Shown here piece after piece: positions 9,409-20,400 of a stretch of 32,000 nucleotides of DNA; within the stretch, counting starts at the first letter, position 1; every line of letters begins with the position of its first letter. Source of the DNA: Candidatus Brocadia sp. (lineage in GTDB: Bacteria; Planctomycetota; Brocadiia; Brocadiales; Brocadiaceae); assembly GCA_021650915.1 (NCBI GenBank), contig CP091279.1:30001-62000 (forward strand), read 5' to 3'. Made by a program: the position numbers and the translations under genes. Under the pieces are notes generated by a model. That model saw only the letters and a list, made by a program, of their open reading frames with translations, did no database searches and was not told where the DNA came from.

Positions 9409-10362
9409 TCAGGGAATCGTGTGTAAACGGGCATTTTTTAAGAGATCTTCTTCGTCTCTTTCGATCTGCGACTTGAGTTCCTCGGAGGTAGTAAACGGCA
9501 TCTCGTCCCGTATTTTAAAGAGGAATTGAACCTCGAGGTTTTGTCCGTAAATATTCTCATGAAAATCAAGAATATGCACTTCGACCTCCAGTCTTTCGTC
9601 TTCACCCGTGAATGGTTCCCTGGCAAAGGTTGGCCGCATGCCGATGTTGGTCAGCGCGAGGTAGTCATGTCCTGCCCAGCACAGCTTTGTTCCGTAAACA
9701 CCCCGGGGTGGCCTCACCTCATGATGTAAATCCAGATTCGCAGTAGGGTACCCAAGGGTTTTTCCCCTGCCTGACTTCCTCACGACCGTGCCCAGGATGG
9801 AAACAGGTCTGCCAAGCATCCGTTCGGCAGTTTCCAGTTCCCCGTTTAAAATAGCTTGGCGGATTGCCGTGCTGCTAATTACCCGTCCCTGATACATTGC
9901 CGGCGGACATTCATATACCTCAAAGCCATAGGTAGCAGCCAGACGGCGAACCAGATGGATATTGCCCTCGCGGTCTCTTCCAAAGCGGCAGTTGAATCCC
10001 AGGATAATGCACTTTACTCCCAGCCAGCCAACCATGATTTCGCGGATGAAATCTTCTGCGCTTATGTGCGCAAAGGTTTTGTCAAAGGGAATGACAACCG
10101 TATGATCCACCCCCAGATTGCTGAACAATTTCAATCGATGCTCCAGCGAGGTGATAAAAGATGGCGGCCTGTTTTCAAGGACGTTTTTGGGATGGCGGTT
10201 GAAGGTAATGATTACTGACTCGCCATGCTTCGTTAGGGCATGATGCAGCACCTCTTCTATAATCCTTTTGTGTCCCCGGTGAACGCCATCGAACATTCCA
10301 ATCGTGGCAACAGGGTAAGGAATCTTTCTGGTCAAGGTCTTTACGCCGTAAATCGTTTCCAA
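9409..10362 (-). CDS. ribF: Bifunctional riboflavin kinase/FAD synthetase
   Basis: ATIGMFDGVHRGHKRII, GFNCRFGRDREGN, GRGKTLGYPTANLDL, YGTKL, NIGMRPTF, LEVHILDF. Confidence 0.92.
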   Translation of the reverse strand: METIYGVKTLTRKIPYPVATIGMFDGVHRGHKRIIEEVLHHALTKHGESVIITFNRHPKNVLENRPPSFITSLEHRLKLFSNLGVDHTVVIPFDKTFAHISAEDFIREIMVGWLGVKCIILGFNCRFGRDREGNIHLVRRLAATYGFEVYECPPAMYQGRVISSTAIRQAILNGELETAERMLGRPVSILGTVVRKSGRGKTLGYPTANLDLHHEVRPPRGVYGTKLCWAGHDYLALTNIGMRPTFAREPFTGEDERLEVEVHILDFHENIYGQNLEVQFLFKIRDEMPFTTSEELKSQIERDEEDLLKNARLHTIP

Positions 10363-10419
10363 TGCAGCTTCCTTTTTGCTTCCCTGGTAAACAAGGCCTG
10401 TTACCCGCAGGGCTTGATT

Positions 10420-12168
10420 CTATTGGAATTTCGTGTAGAGTTCCATGTGCCGGCTCAGATCATTTTGCCAGTCGGTCATGAAAGATTCTTGCTTTTCGTA
10501 TAAGTAACGTTGCGTTACCGCCTCTTTGTTTTTTTCAAACGCCGTTTTATCGGCAACCTTTTTATCAACCACCTGGATAATGTAGCATGCCTTTTCCCCG
10601 GCGGTTTCCACCGCAATTCCGCGCTGATCCGGCTTCAGTTCAAATCCCTTTTTCGCCACATTCGGCCGGTCTGCTTTGAGCGCTTCGATATATCGCGAGT
10701 CCTTATTAAAAAGCTTCATGGGACGGTTTAGGTAGTTTGTTTCACAAACCGGGACGTCTTTGAGTCCGACTTCAGTCTTCACAGCTTTCACCATGTCTTC
10801 GAAGACGGTTTTTGTGGAAGCTCCTGCGTATTTTTCAGCGATTTCCTTTGCCTTCAGAAGGCCCTTTTCGGCTCTGAGATCGCTGCTTACCCTGTCCCGG
10901 ATCTCTTCCAGAGGGGGCGCTGCCGCCGCCTTTTTGTCAGTGACCTGGAAAATAACCTTGCCTTCTACAAAATCGAGCGGAATGGAGGCCTCATGTTTAT
11001 CCCGGTCAAATGCAATCTGAACCAACTGGTCAGAACCCGGCAACACCTCGAACAGATCGTTTTCCGTGAGAAATTCGTCGTTCGATTTCTTGCTTTTTGG
11101 TATTTCATAAGCGACGTTATATTTCTGTGCCAGGTCTTTAAAGCCAGGGCGTTCGGCCTTGTCCATGGTTTCGTATATCTCTTCATCCAGTTTGTTCATA
11201 ATTTCAGCAGCCTTTGCCATGGCCTTTTGTCTGGCGAGTGTCTTTCGAATGTCTCCTTGTGCCTCGGCAAAGGTTTTGTATGTGGTAACGGTTTTTTGTT
11301 CCTGAGCCTTGTTTGCTGCAGACGACTCCTTCTCTTCCTTTTTCACGGTTTTCTTTTCTGCCGGAGATTCTTCTTTGACGGTAATCTTAAACTGTGTCTC
11401 TTTATTGTCTTCATAATATTTTTTCATTTCTTCATCGGCAACCGGCACGTGTTTCTCCATATCGGTGTATCGTGCAATGAGGCATTCCAGCTTTACCCGT
11501 TCAGGGAATTTATATCCGGGGTTTTCAGCATCTTCGCTGGCGGCGTTATCCTTGTGCTTTTCATAAAAGGAGCGGATTTCATCTTCCGTTATATAAACCG
11601 AATCCACAAAATCTTTCGCCTTTAAGGTAAGCACCTTGAGCTTTACCTGCTCGTTTTCCAGGGAATACCTCTGCCAGGCTTCGTCCGTAGTCATCTTTAC
11701 CGACATCCGGATCAACGAGTCCAGCTTCTCTACCAGGATAGCTTCACTCAGGGTGCGTGCTATCTGCTCCTGATTCAGCCTGAAATTCGCGCAGAGAAAA
11801 TGAAGGAGCCTTGTCCGGTCGAGATTCTCGTTTCCGCCAAATATCTGAAAGGCAAACCGTTGAAGCCCTTCGTCGATCTCCTGCATCGTTACCGTGAGTC
11901 CCATATGTCTTGCCTTTTCAACGTACATCAGCTGTTTCCAGACCAGCGAAACGATCGATTCATTTGCCTGAGGGAAGAATAATCTTTGCCACCGACTCAG
12001 CATCTCTGCAAATTCATTCTGCGTAATCTTCCGGCCAAATGCCCTTCCGATCGGTTTTTTCGGGATCATTTCCATCGCAGAATAACTAATGCCCCACACG
12101 CACATAGCAAAGATCATGACGATATAAACCGTCTTTTGATGCCTTCTGAACCAAGAACTCGAGACCAT
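10420..12168 (-). CDS. SurA/PpiD-like N-terminal domain protein (putative periplasmic peptidyl-prolyl isomerase)
   Basis: N-terminal membrane anchor, GRKITQNEFAEMLSRWQRLF SurA-N-like region, long coiled PPIC-like architecture, 582 aa. Confidence 0.65.
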   Translation of the reverse strand: MVSSSWFRRHQKTVYIVMIFAMCVWGISYSAMEMIPKKPIGRAFGRKITQNEFAEMLSRWQRLFFPQANESIVSLVWKQLMYVEKARHMGLTVTMQEIDEGLQRFAFQIFGGNENLDRTRLLHFLCANFRLNQEQIARTLSEAILVEKLDSLIRMSVKMTTDEAWQRYSLENEQVKLKVLTLKAKDFVDSVYITEDEIRSFYEKHKDNAASEDAENPGYKFPERVKLECLIARYTDMEKHVPVADEEMKKYYEDNKETQFKITVKEESPAEKKTVKKEEKESSAANKAQEQKTVTTYKTFAEAQGDIRKTLARQKAMAKAAEIMNKLDEEIYETMDKAERPGFKDLAQKYNVAYEIPKSKKSNDEFLTENDLFEVLPGSDQLVQIAFDRDKHEASIPLDFVEGKVIFQVTDKKAAAAPPLEEIRDRVSSDLRAEKGLLKAKEIAEKYAGASTKTVFEDMVKAVKTEVGLKDVPVCETNYLNRPMKLFNKDSRYIEALKADRPNVAKKGFELKPDQRGIAVETAGEKACYIIQVVDKKVADKTAFEKNKEAVTQRYLYEKQESFMTDWQNDLSRHMELYTKFQ

Positions 12169-12408
12169 ATCTCCCTCTTAATTGAATTTATTACCCCGGT
12201 GACAATGAAAAAAATAAAATAAAGTTCCATTTTATATGCAAGAGTAATAATTATCAAATGGTTTTTTGTAATTTGTTTTTCGCCCCGTTCTGCAAAAACT
12301 ACCTTTTTACTTAAAATTAGAATTAATCGATTTTAGCGCAGAAATGTCTTGACACGATTTCCAAGCTCTGCTTAAATTTGCACTTTCAGGTTTTTGAGGT
12401 TTTTATAG

Positions 12409-14754
12409 ATGGCCAAAGCTAAGAAAAATATGGTAATTGTTGAATCCCCTGCCAAGGCGAAGACCATTGGGAAGTATCTCGGTTCGTCCTTCTTCGTCTG
12501 CTCATCAATGGGACACGTCCGCGACCTGCCCGAAAAAAAGTTGTCCGTCGACATCGAAAATAATTTTACTCCGGAATATAAGATCATCCCGAGCCGGAAA
12601 AAACTTATCTCAGAGTTGCTGGCTGGTGCAAAGAAGGCGGACGCGATCTACCTGGCATCCGATCTTGACCGCGAGGGAGAGGCGATTGCATGGCATTTGA
12701 CCCAGGCGCTGGGAATCCCTGACGAAAAGGCAAAGCGGGTTACGTTTAATGAAATTACAAAAGACGCCATTCTGGAAGCCTTTAATCACCCGAGTTCTAT
12801 CAATATGGCAAAGGTGAATGCCCAGCAGGCGCGGCGGATCCTCGACCGGATTGTTGGTTACCAGATAAGCCCCCTCTTATGGAAAAAAATCTCAAAAGGG
12901 CTCAGCGCTGGCCGGGTTCAGTCCGTGGCAGTCCGCCTTATTGTGGAGCGTGAAAGGGAAATCAGGGACTTCAAGCCACAAGAGTACTGGAAGATCACTG
13001 CCGAATTAAAAACGATTGCAGGGGAGAAGCCCGGGGATGCCAAAACCTTTAAGGCCATCCTGCAAAAGCTTAACAATGAAACTATTGAAATAAAGAATGA
13101 GCCACAAGCCACGGATATTGTCAGCGAACTTCAGAAGGCAGGGTATAGTGTCGCTAACGTAAAAAAACAAACGAAACGCAATAACGCCCCTCCGCCCTTT
13201 ACGACCAGTCTTTTGCAGCAGCAGGCATCCACCCGATTGCAGTTTACCGCCAAAAAAACGATGCTCATCGCCCAGCAGTTATATGAGGGAATTGATCTCG
13301 GCCGCGAGGGCGCCGTAGGGCTTATTACCTATATGAGAACGGATTCGTTTCACATATCGGAACAGGCGATAACGTCCTGCCGGAAGCTGATTGCAGAGAG
13401 CTATGGAAACAATTACCTTCCGGAAAAACCGAACCTGCATGCCTCGGATAAAAAAGGCACTCAGGGCGCTCACGAGGCCATCCGTCCTACGACGGTTGAA
13501 TACACACCTGAATCCATAAAGGACTCTTTAACGAAGGATCAATACAAACTGTATGAACTCATATGGAACCGGTTTATTGCCAGTCAGATGAAACCGGCGC
13601 TCTACGCAGTAACTGATGTTGAAATTGTGACGCAATCTGCAACAGACTCAGGAGATGACGCGAAGGCGCCTCCAAAGGAGTACCTGTTAAAAGCGAGAGG
13701 AAGGGAATTACTCTTCGATGGCCATACCCGTGTTTCAGGCCACGAAATGGAAAAGGATGAGCAGATACTCCCGACGCTGGAGAAAGACCAGAAGCTCGAA
13801 TTACTGGCGGTTGTGCCTACCCAGCACTTTACCCAGCCGCCTCCCCGTTTTTCCGAGGCGTCTCTCGTGAAAACCCTGGAGAAGATGGGAATAGGAAGGC
13901 CCAGCACCTACGCTGCAATTATCTCCACGATACAGGACCGGGGATACGTCAAGCAGGAGAAACGCGCCTTTTACGCGACGGAACTGGGGATACTGGTTAC
14001 CGAGAAACTCATTGAACATTTTGCAAAGATCATGGATGTAAAATTTACCTCGCACATGGAGGATGAACTGGACAAGATCGAAGATGAAAAGGTCGGGTGG
14101 CTGAAGGTGCTGAAGGAATTTTACGAACCGTTTAAAATTGATCTGGAAAAGGCGGTGGGAGAAATGAAAAGTGTCAAGGGCACTCCGGAAGAAAGCAACC
14201 AGAAATGCACCCTCTGCGGACAGCCAATGGTTATCCGGTGGGGGAGACACGGGAAATTTTTGGGCTGTTCGGGATTTCCCACCTGCAAAAGCACCCTTCC
14301 CCTCGATGAAAAAGGCGAGCCTTCTCCCCCGGAGACAACTGACCAGAAATGTGAAAAATGCGGGAGCGCCATGGTTGTGAAGACGAGCCGTCACGGGAAG
14401 TTTCTGGCGTGTTCTGCATACCCCACCTGCAAGAATACCAAGTCTCTTGGCGGCGAAACGACGAAAGTGGAGCCCACGGATGAAAAGTGTGAAAAATGTG
14501 GCAGCCCTATGGTGATCCGGTCCAGCAAGAGGGGCCGGTTTATGGGGTGTTCAGCCTATCCCAAATGCAGAAATCTCAAGTCACTTCCCACCGGAGTAAA
14601 ATGCCCGAATGAGGGTTGCGGGGGAGACCTCGTGCAACGGCGCTCAAAAAAGGGCGGGATATTTTTCGGGTGCAGCAAATATCCGGAATGTGATTATATA
14701 GCAAAAGAACTACCCGGTACTTCTGATGCCATAAAAGACGATAGCCCTGGTTAA
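12409..14754 (+). CDS. topA: DNA topoisomerase I (type IA), with four C-terminal zinc-finger modules
   Basis: MVIVESPAKAKTIGKYLG, YLASDLDREGEAIAWHL, GRVQSVAVRLIVEREREI, LITYMRTDSF, C-terminal CxxCG...GCSxxPxC repeats. Confidence 0.97.
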   Translation: MAKAKKNMVIVESPAKAKTIGKYLGSSFFVCSSMGHVRDLPEKKLSVDIENNFTPEYKIIPSRKKLISELLAGAKKADAIYLASDLDREGEAIAWHLTQALGIPDEKAKRVTFNEITKDAILEAFNHPSSINMAKVNAQQARRILDRIVGYQISPLLWKKISKGLSAGRVQSVAVRLIVEREREIRDFKPQEYWKITAELKTIAGEKPGDAKTFKAILQKLNNETIEIKNEPQATDIVSELQKAGYSVANVKKQTKRNNAPPPFTTSLLQQQASTRLQFTAKKTMLIAQQLYEGIDLGREGAVGLITYMRTDSFHISEQAITSCRKLIAESYGNNYLPEKPNLHASDKKGTQGAHEAIRPTTVEYTPESIKDSLTKDQYKLYELIWNRFIASQMKPALYAVTDVEIVTQSATDSGDDAKAPPKEYLLKARGRELLFDGHTRVSGHEMEKDEQILPTLEKDQKLELLAVVPTQHFTQPPPRFSEASLVKTLEKMGIGRPSTYAAIISTIQDRGYVKQEKRAFYATELGILVTEKLIEHFAKIMDVKFTSHMEDELDKIEDEKVGWLKVLKEFYEPFKIDLEKAVGEMKSVKGTPEESNQKCTLCGQPMVIRWGRHGKFLGCSGFPTCKSTLPLDEKGEPSPPETTDQKCEKCGSAMVVKTSRHGKFLACSAYPTCKNTKSLGGETTKVEPTDEKCEKCGSPMVIRSSKRGRFMGCSAYPKCRNLKSLPTGVKCPNEGCGGDLVQRRSKKGGIFFGCSKYPECDYIAKELPGTSDAIKDDSPG

Positions 14755-15387
14755 TCGCAGAGGAAGAGATCCAGGGCACAGCCACAACCAAATCCTCCCC
14801 GGAACGGGAGGGTGAAGGACATGCGCCTTCGCTTGACAGTAAGGAATTTCAAAGTTTTTTGCGGGTACGGCAGGTGACTGTCCCCCGATGGCGGGGGCAA
14901 AGGGTGGAAATGGGCAAATCAATACACGATACGAAACGTCTTAAATACAATAGCCATTGCGAGCAACAGCAAAGCAATCCTTCCCTGATGTCCGGGATTT
15001 TAATCTTTCTGTTCCTGCCTTACACACCCCTAACTCCCTCTCAAGAGGGGATGAGGGAAGTCCCCTCCTGGGAGGGGATTCAGGGGTGGGTTTAGCCTTA
15101 TAATGAAAAGTCGCCGAAGGCCTAATGAAAGATTGCTTCGGGCTAACGTCCTTGCAATGATAACTCTCCTTTTGCGTTTACCATCGGCCATTCCTCCCGG
15201 TGCGCTCTTGCGGGTTCGGGTTTTTTAATCTGAACCCCATATTGAATAGCGCAAATTCAGTGATGTTTTGGTTCTCCGCATTTGCAGAAGGCCATACCCT
15301 GCCTTTGGCATAGTTACCTCGCAGGGTATTTTGAAGAGAACAATAGTATGGTGGCAATGATATCATCCTTATTTCAATAAGATACAT

Positions 15388-16458
15388 ATGAAAACCGGTA
15401 TTGCGCATCTGCCGCTTCATGGAGGCAAGGCGCCTTCGTGGCTATTCCAGCGGATGAAACGGCTTGCACGGGAAATTACGATTGCCGTGGTAAGCGAATA
15501 TGGCCCACAGGAGATGCTCAGAAGACTTTCCGACCCGTTCTGGTTTCAGGCATTCGGCTGTGTGTTGGGATTTGACTGGCATTCAAGCGGTGTGACGACT
15601 ACCACGTGCGGGGCGCTGAAGGAAGGCATGAAGGGGCTTGAGGTGGAATTAGGCCTGTTCATTGCCGGCGGCAAGGGAGGAACTTCCCGGAAAACGCCAT
15701 CGGAGATTATCCGTGCGGGCGGCCATCTGTCGTGTGATCCCGAAAAACTGGTCTATGCCAGCAGGATGAGCGCCAAGGTGGACAGCAGCGCCGTACAGGA
15801 TGGATATCAGTTGTATCATCACGCATTTATCTTCACGAAGTCCGGGGATTGGGCTGTTGTTCAGCAGGGAATGAATGATGCCAGTAAATATGCGCGCCGG
15901 TACCACTGGCTTGGCAGCAGAGTGGCAAACTTTGTGGTGGAACCCCATCAGGCCATTTGCTGTGATTCACGGGGGGATACCCTGAACATGGTGGCCGTAG
16001 CGAGTGAAGAGGCAAGACAATCCGCCGTCATCCTTTCACAGCTCAAACCCGGTGTTTTGGTGGGTGAGATCAAAAAGATTCAGCACCTGCATCTGCCGTC
16101 CCGTCACCACGTTGATATCCGGGATATTCACCCGGACCGCCTCTATAAGATATTCGTAAAGACCTATGAACAGGCGCCGGAAAATTTTGAATCGTTGCTG
16201 GGAATGGAAGGGGTGGGTCCCAAGACCATCCGGGCGCTGGCGCTGATTTCTGAAATTGTGTACGGGAAAAGCCCCAGTTTTCATGACCCGGTCAGGTACA
16301 GCTTTGCCCACGGTGGCAAGGATGGACATCCGTATCCGGTCGACCGGGAGGTGTATGACCGCACGATTGAAATATTCAGGAATGCCCTCCGGCAGGCAAA
16401 GGTTGGAAACAACGAGAAGGTGGACGCCCTGAAACGACTGAACCGTTTCATGTCTTAA
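15388..16458 (+). CDS. DUF763 domain protein
   Basis: MKTGIAHLPLHGGKAPSWLFQRMKRL, FGCVLGFDWHSSGVTTTTCGALKEGM, HHAFIFTKSGDWAVVQQGMN characteristic of DUF763; GIEGVGPKT-like helix-hairpin-helix near the C-terminus. Confidence 0.88.
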   Translation: MKTGIAHLPLHGGKAPSWLFQRMKRLAREITIAVVSEYGPQEMLRRLSDPFWFQAFGCVLGFDWHSSGVTTTTCGALKEGMKGLEVELGLFIAGGKGGTSRKTPSEIIRAGGHLSCDPEKLVYASRMSAKVDSSAVQDGYQLYHHAFIFTKSGDWAVVQQGMNDASKYARRYHWLGSRVANFVVEPHQAICCDSRGDTLNMVAVASEEARQSAVILSQLKPGVLVGEIKKIQHLHLPSRHHVDIRDIHPDRLYKIFVKTYEQAPENFESLLGMEGVGPKTIRALALISEIVYGKSPSFHDPVRYSFAHGGKDGHPYPVDREVYDRTIEIFRNALRQAKVGNNEKVDALKRLNRFMS

Positions 16459-16545
16459 ATAAGCGCCCAACGGAGAGCGACCAGCCTGGTCGCCCTACAA
16501 GCACAAGATGGCGATGCGGACACACAAAGGTTATCCGTATTGACC

Positions 16546-17211
16546 TTACCCTGGGGTTGCTGCGATTAAATTTTCCTGCCATCGTGGCGAAAGCGCGGGG
16601 CAACGGGCCAGTTCCCGTGCCGCCGTAGCGTCCGTCCTGCGGTTGCGCATAATGGCGTATGCCGTAGCAACAGTCCATTGCGGGAAAGACCGTCCTGTGA
16701 GAACAAGCGTATTTCCAGCCTCCACATATCCCTCCCGGAGGACTCGGAAATACCAGCCTGTTTTCCCGGTCTGTTTCATGCGCGCGCCGAAATCCTGGAT
16801 TTCCCACCGGCGTTCGATTTTCCAGCAGGGTTGACGCGGCTGTGAAACCTGAACCAGCGCCTCGCCAGCATGAAACACATCGCCAATGCAAACCTCATCT
16901 TCCAGCAGACCGCTGGTCGTGAAGTTCTCACCAAAGGCGCCGTACGGCATGTCCGGCAGATGAAGTGTCTGTTTCCAATAGGGGTAATGCTCGGATGGAT
17001 AGGCATTGATTGCCTTGTGCGGGCCGCCGTGCACCGATAAATCTGCCTGCGCGTCGCCGTCGAGGTTCAGCGTACCCAGCCATACATGGCCGTAAACGGG
17101 CGCCTTGAAGATGCCCGTCTGCCACGGCTTATCAGGTGAACCGGTTGCGTGTATTCCGACCATGGTTCTTGGCAAACCAGCCTGAACTGAGAGGATGCAT
17201 GCTTCTTTCAT
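16546..17211 (-). CDS. MOSC domain protein (YiiM-like)
   Basis: GDAQADLSVHGGPHKAINAYPSEHYPYW, GAFGENFTTSGLLEDEVCIGDVFHAGEALVQVSQPRQPCWKIERRW. Confidence 0.9.
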   Translation of the reverse strand: MKEACILSVQAGLPRTMVGIHATGSPDKPWQTGIFKAPVYGHVWLGTLNLDGDAQADLSVHGGPHKAINAYPSEHYPYWKQTLHLPDMPYGAFGENFTTSGLLEDEVCIGDVFHAGEALVQVSQPRQPCWKIERRWEIQDFGARMKQTGKTGWYFRVLREGYVEAGNTLVLTGRSFPQWTVATAYAIMRNRRTDATAARELARCPALSPRWQENLIAATPG

Positions 17212-17393
17212 AGGGGTATTATTAAAGCATCAAACACCGGAAAAATCAAAGCGAAAGGTATGCAAACGATCACAAAACCTGGAAGATCGTCCGTTGTTAT
17301 AAAATACTTGTTTTTTGAGATAAAAAAAGTAAGCTTTAATCATTTGATGTATTCGTGCATAAAATCGATAGTTCTCTAGCAAGGAGGTCTGAA

Positions 17394-18185
17394 ATGAAAA
17401 GAGGTTCGGCGTTATTTACCACTGCTCTGTTGGCTTTGATTCCTTTGGTTTTGGGATACAGCGCGCATGCTGAAACGAAGAAATTAGACAAAACACCGCC
17501 GGAGCATTTATATATGAAGGAAAAGCAGCAGGCCCCTCCCGTTTCCCATCAGGACGTGTCGGCCCTCTCTGGCAAGGTGGTGGAAACGATGAACAGCGGT
17601 GGTTACACCTACCTCTGTATCGAGAAGGACGGCAAAAAAACCTGGGCGGCTATCCTGGAGACAAAGGTGGCCGTTGGGCAGGAGATAGCCCTGCAGCCCG
17701 GTTATGAAATGGTTAATTTTGCCAGCAAGACCCTAAACCGTACCTTTGACAAAATCATCTTCTCTACCGGACCCGCATCACAGGAGGGGACTGTTGATGT
17801 AAAGAGTTTCCACGGTAAAACCGCAGAAACCAAGACGAAAGAGGCCGCTCCCGCCGAGAAGATACAGGTAGAGAAGGCTTCCGCTGCCGATGCTTACACC
17901 GTGGCGGAACTTTACGGGAAAAAGGCCGAGCTTGACACGAAAAACGTTACCGTGCGGGGCAAGGTAGTGAAGGTCTCGTCCGGAATTATGGGAAGGAACT
18001 GGCTGCACGTCCAGGACGGAACGGGAAATCAGCAGGACGGGAGCAATGATCTGGTGGTGACATCAAAAGACCTGGCTGCTGTGGGCGATGTTGTAACCAT
18101 TAGTGGGACTTTATACAAGGACAAGGACTTTGGGAGTGGCTACAAGTATGACGTGATTGTAGAACAGGCAAGTATCAAAAAATGA
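17394..18185 (+). CDS. Exported protein with possible OB-fold domain
   Basis: ORF 17355..18185, preferred start 17394 after AAGGAGG; signal peptide MKRGSALFTTALLALIPLVLGYSAHA; LYGKKAELDTKNVTVRGKVVKVSSGIMGRNWLHVQDGTGNQQDGSNDLVVTS. Confidence 0.6.
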   Translation: MKRGSALFTTALLALIPLVLGYSAHAETKKLDKTPPEHLYMKEKQQAPPVSHQDVSALSGKVVETMNSGGYTYLCIEKDGKKTWAAILETKVAVGQEIALQPGYEMVNFASKTLNRTFDKIIFSTGPASQEGTVDVKSFHGKTAETKTKEAAPAEKIQVEKASAADAYTVAELYGKKAELDTKNVTVRGKVVKVSSGIMGRNWLHVQDGTGNQQDGSNDLVVTSKDLAAVGDVVTISGTLYKDKDFGSGYKYDVIVEQASIKK

Positions 18186-18657
18186 GCAAGAGGTTCGTTT
18201 TTTGAAAATAATGCTGTAAGGGTGAAGTACAAAATAGGAAGCGTAATAAATAAGTAGGCAGGCAAAATGTCATTGCGGGCGGAGCGAAGCAATCCCATAA
18301 TTGAGGTTGCTTCGTTGCTCTGCTTTTCGCAATGGCAATTTTTTCGTAACAATTTAGTTTTTTGAAAAATCCCAACAAAGGCAATGTTTACCATACCGTG
18401 TAGGGGCAGGTTTGAAACCTGCCCCTACACGGCAATACTATTCATGCCGCAGCACAGCCGCAACCAAATTTCCTTTACGAAAGCGGGGAGATTGCTTCGG
18501 AAAAGGCCCCTCGCAATGGTAATATGAAAAAGCAGCGTCCTTCCAAGGAGGTTAAAAAGCCTTGAATAGGCGATAACCTTTTGTGATATTAAATATCATA
18601 AAGGCTTTAGACCACCAATTAAGGTGGTAAGTCTTTAAACCTTGGAAAGGAGGCTGT

Positions 18658-19668
18658 ATGATAAAGTATATAGGATTGGATGCACATTCGTCAACATGTA
18701 CATTCAATGTGACGGATGAAAGAGGGAGGGAAGTAGACAACACTACGATTGAGAGCAATGGCCGGCTTTTGGTGAAGTATGTGAGGGGAGTGGAGGGTGT
18801 TAAGAAACTGACCTTTGAAGAGTGTGAATTAAGCAACTGGCTGTATGAGATATTGAGACCAGAAGTAGATGAGTTGATCGTATGCAATCCAGTAGCAAAC
18901 GGAGACTACAAGAAGAAAAAGACGGACAAGATGGATGCCAGGAAGCTGTCGAATCTTTTGCGAGGAGGTTTTCTCGTACCGGTATATCATGATGGTTCAA
19001 AGAGGGAGAGGTTAAGGAGTTTAATGTCCGGGTATCAGGATTTCATTGAAGAGGGTGTGAGGCTAAAGAACCGATACAAATCCTTATTTCGGAAAAGTGG
19101 GAAGAAAATCAAAGGTGAAGCGTTATATAACGACGAGAGTTTCCTGGAAGGATTAGAGCGAAGAGACTTTCAATTTATTGGCACGCAGATCTATCAGCTT
19201 TTAGAGAAGATGGAAGAAGGCAGGCAGGAATATGTAAAAGAGATCGTTCGATGCAGTAAGGGATTTAAAGAGATAAAATATCTCAAGAGCATTCCCGGCA
19301 TTGGGAGTATCCAGGCGGCGAAGATCGTATCACAGGTAATAGACCCGGAGAGGTTTAGCAGTAAGTACAAATATTACAGCTACTGTGGGTTGGTGAGGCA
19401 TAAGAGGATAAGTGATGGGAGGGGATATGGGAGTGAAAAGATTTGGGGAAATCGGATATTAAAATGCGTATACAAGATGGCAGGACATTCGGTTTTAAAG
19501 GGTAAGAGCGGTTTAAGGAACTATTACGATACCTTGCGGTTGAAAGGCATCGGTCATGACAATGCCTATAATGCAGTATGTCGTAAGATAGCGGCAATAT
19601 CTTTAAGCGTGTGGAGGAAGAGTGAGAAATATAATGACAGACTGATCACTGGCAATCTAATCAAGTAA
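18658..19668 (+). CDS. IS110 family transposase
   Basis: YIGLDAHSSTCTFNVTDERG, KKKTDKMDARKLSNLLRGG, LKSIPGIGSIQAAKIVSQVIDPERFSSKYKYYSYCGLV. Confidence 0.92.
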   Translation: MIKYIGLDAHSSTCTFNVTDERGREVDNTTIESNGRLLVKYVRGVEGVKKLTFEECELSNWLYEILRPEVDELIVCNPVANGDYKKKKTDKMDARKLSNLLRGGFLVPVYHDGSKRERLRSLMSGYQDFIEEGVRLKNRYKSLFRKSGKKIKGEALYNDESFLEGLERRDFQFIGTQIYQLLEKMEEGRQEYVKEIVRCSKGFKEIKYLKSIPGIGSIQAAKIVSQVIDPERFSSKYKYYSYCGLVRHKRISDGRGYGSEKIWGNRILKCVYKMAGHSVLKGKSGLRNYYDTLRLKGIGHDNAYNAVCRKIAAISLSVWRKSEKYNDRLITGNLIK

Positions 19669-20229
19669 AACAGGGCAAGAGGGCATGAAAGGCTGGTTCG
19701 CACCTGTTTTCTTGAGAGAGGGATGAGATCCACGTGTCATTGACCCAAAGAGGTCCAACGCAATGGTTGATCCGCCCTCGTTTAAATCGGAAATTACCAT
19801 GCTCAGCAAAGAGCACCGATAGATGACTGAAAACCGATTGCCGAAGGTATTTCATATTAAGGTAATAGAAAGAGAACGATAATAATCTGTTTGTCATTCA
19901 TGCACTCAGGACTTTATGGCTTGATTAGCCTCAGTTAAGCGGAAGGGACGCATGGCAAGAAAACATTTCTTTGGTTTTTTTGTCAACAGGGATAATATTT
20001 TTTCTTGACATGCTTTTTCATAGATGACACGGACTCTGTCTTTGATGGCATACGGGCGCTATTCTCCCGGCGCTTATCAGGCTGGAGGACCCGCAATGAC
20101 ACTGGCTATGCCTTTGATGAGATACGGTACGTTGTCATTGCGAGTGAAGCGAAGCAATCCCTTTCTTATAAATAAACGGCGCCTTCTGATAAGGGGTAAA
20201 TAGGGCTACAAAAAAACTTGTATACGGTA

Positions 20230-20363
20230 ATACTATAGCGTTATGCAATTATAGTTAACCCCGTAGTGGTGGCATAGTATCGCTATGTTCCCGATAGTTC
20301 ACCCCTGCGGGGTTGAATATGGCGGTGCATTTTTTTCTATAATCATATCATTCCTTCGGGATT
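20230..20363. repeat. Left-truncated copy of the 157-bp CCCGAAGGGAT inverted-repeat family
   Basis: GTTATGCAATTATAGTTAACCCCGTAGTGGTGGCATAGTATCGCTAT...CTATAATCATATCATTCCTTCGGGATT aligns with the right part of 30406-30562. Confidence 0.65.
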
Positions 20364-20400
20364 TTTCAAAAAGCTACGTTGTTACATTTTTTCAATAAAC

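Larger units (their letters stand above)
18346..20385. mobile_element. TIR-bounded composite element (2040 bp) containing an IS110 insertion
   Basis: Left end GTAACAATTTAGTTTTTTGAAAAATCCC (18346), right end GGGATTTTTCAAAAAGCTACGTTGTTAC (to 20385); perfect 8-bp flanking repeat ATTTTTTC at 18338-18345 and 20386-20393. Confidence 0.75.
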
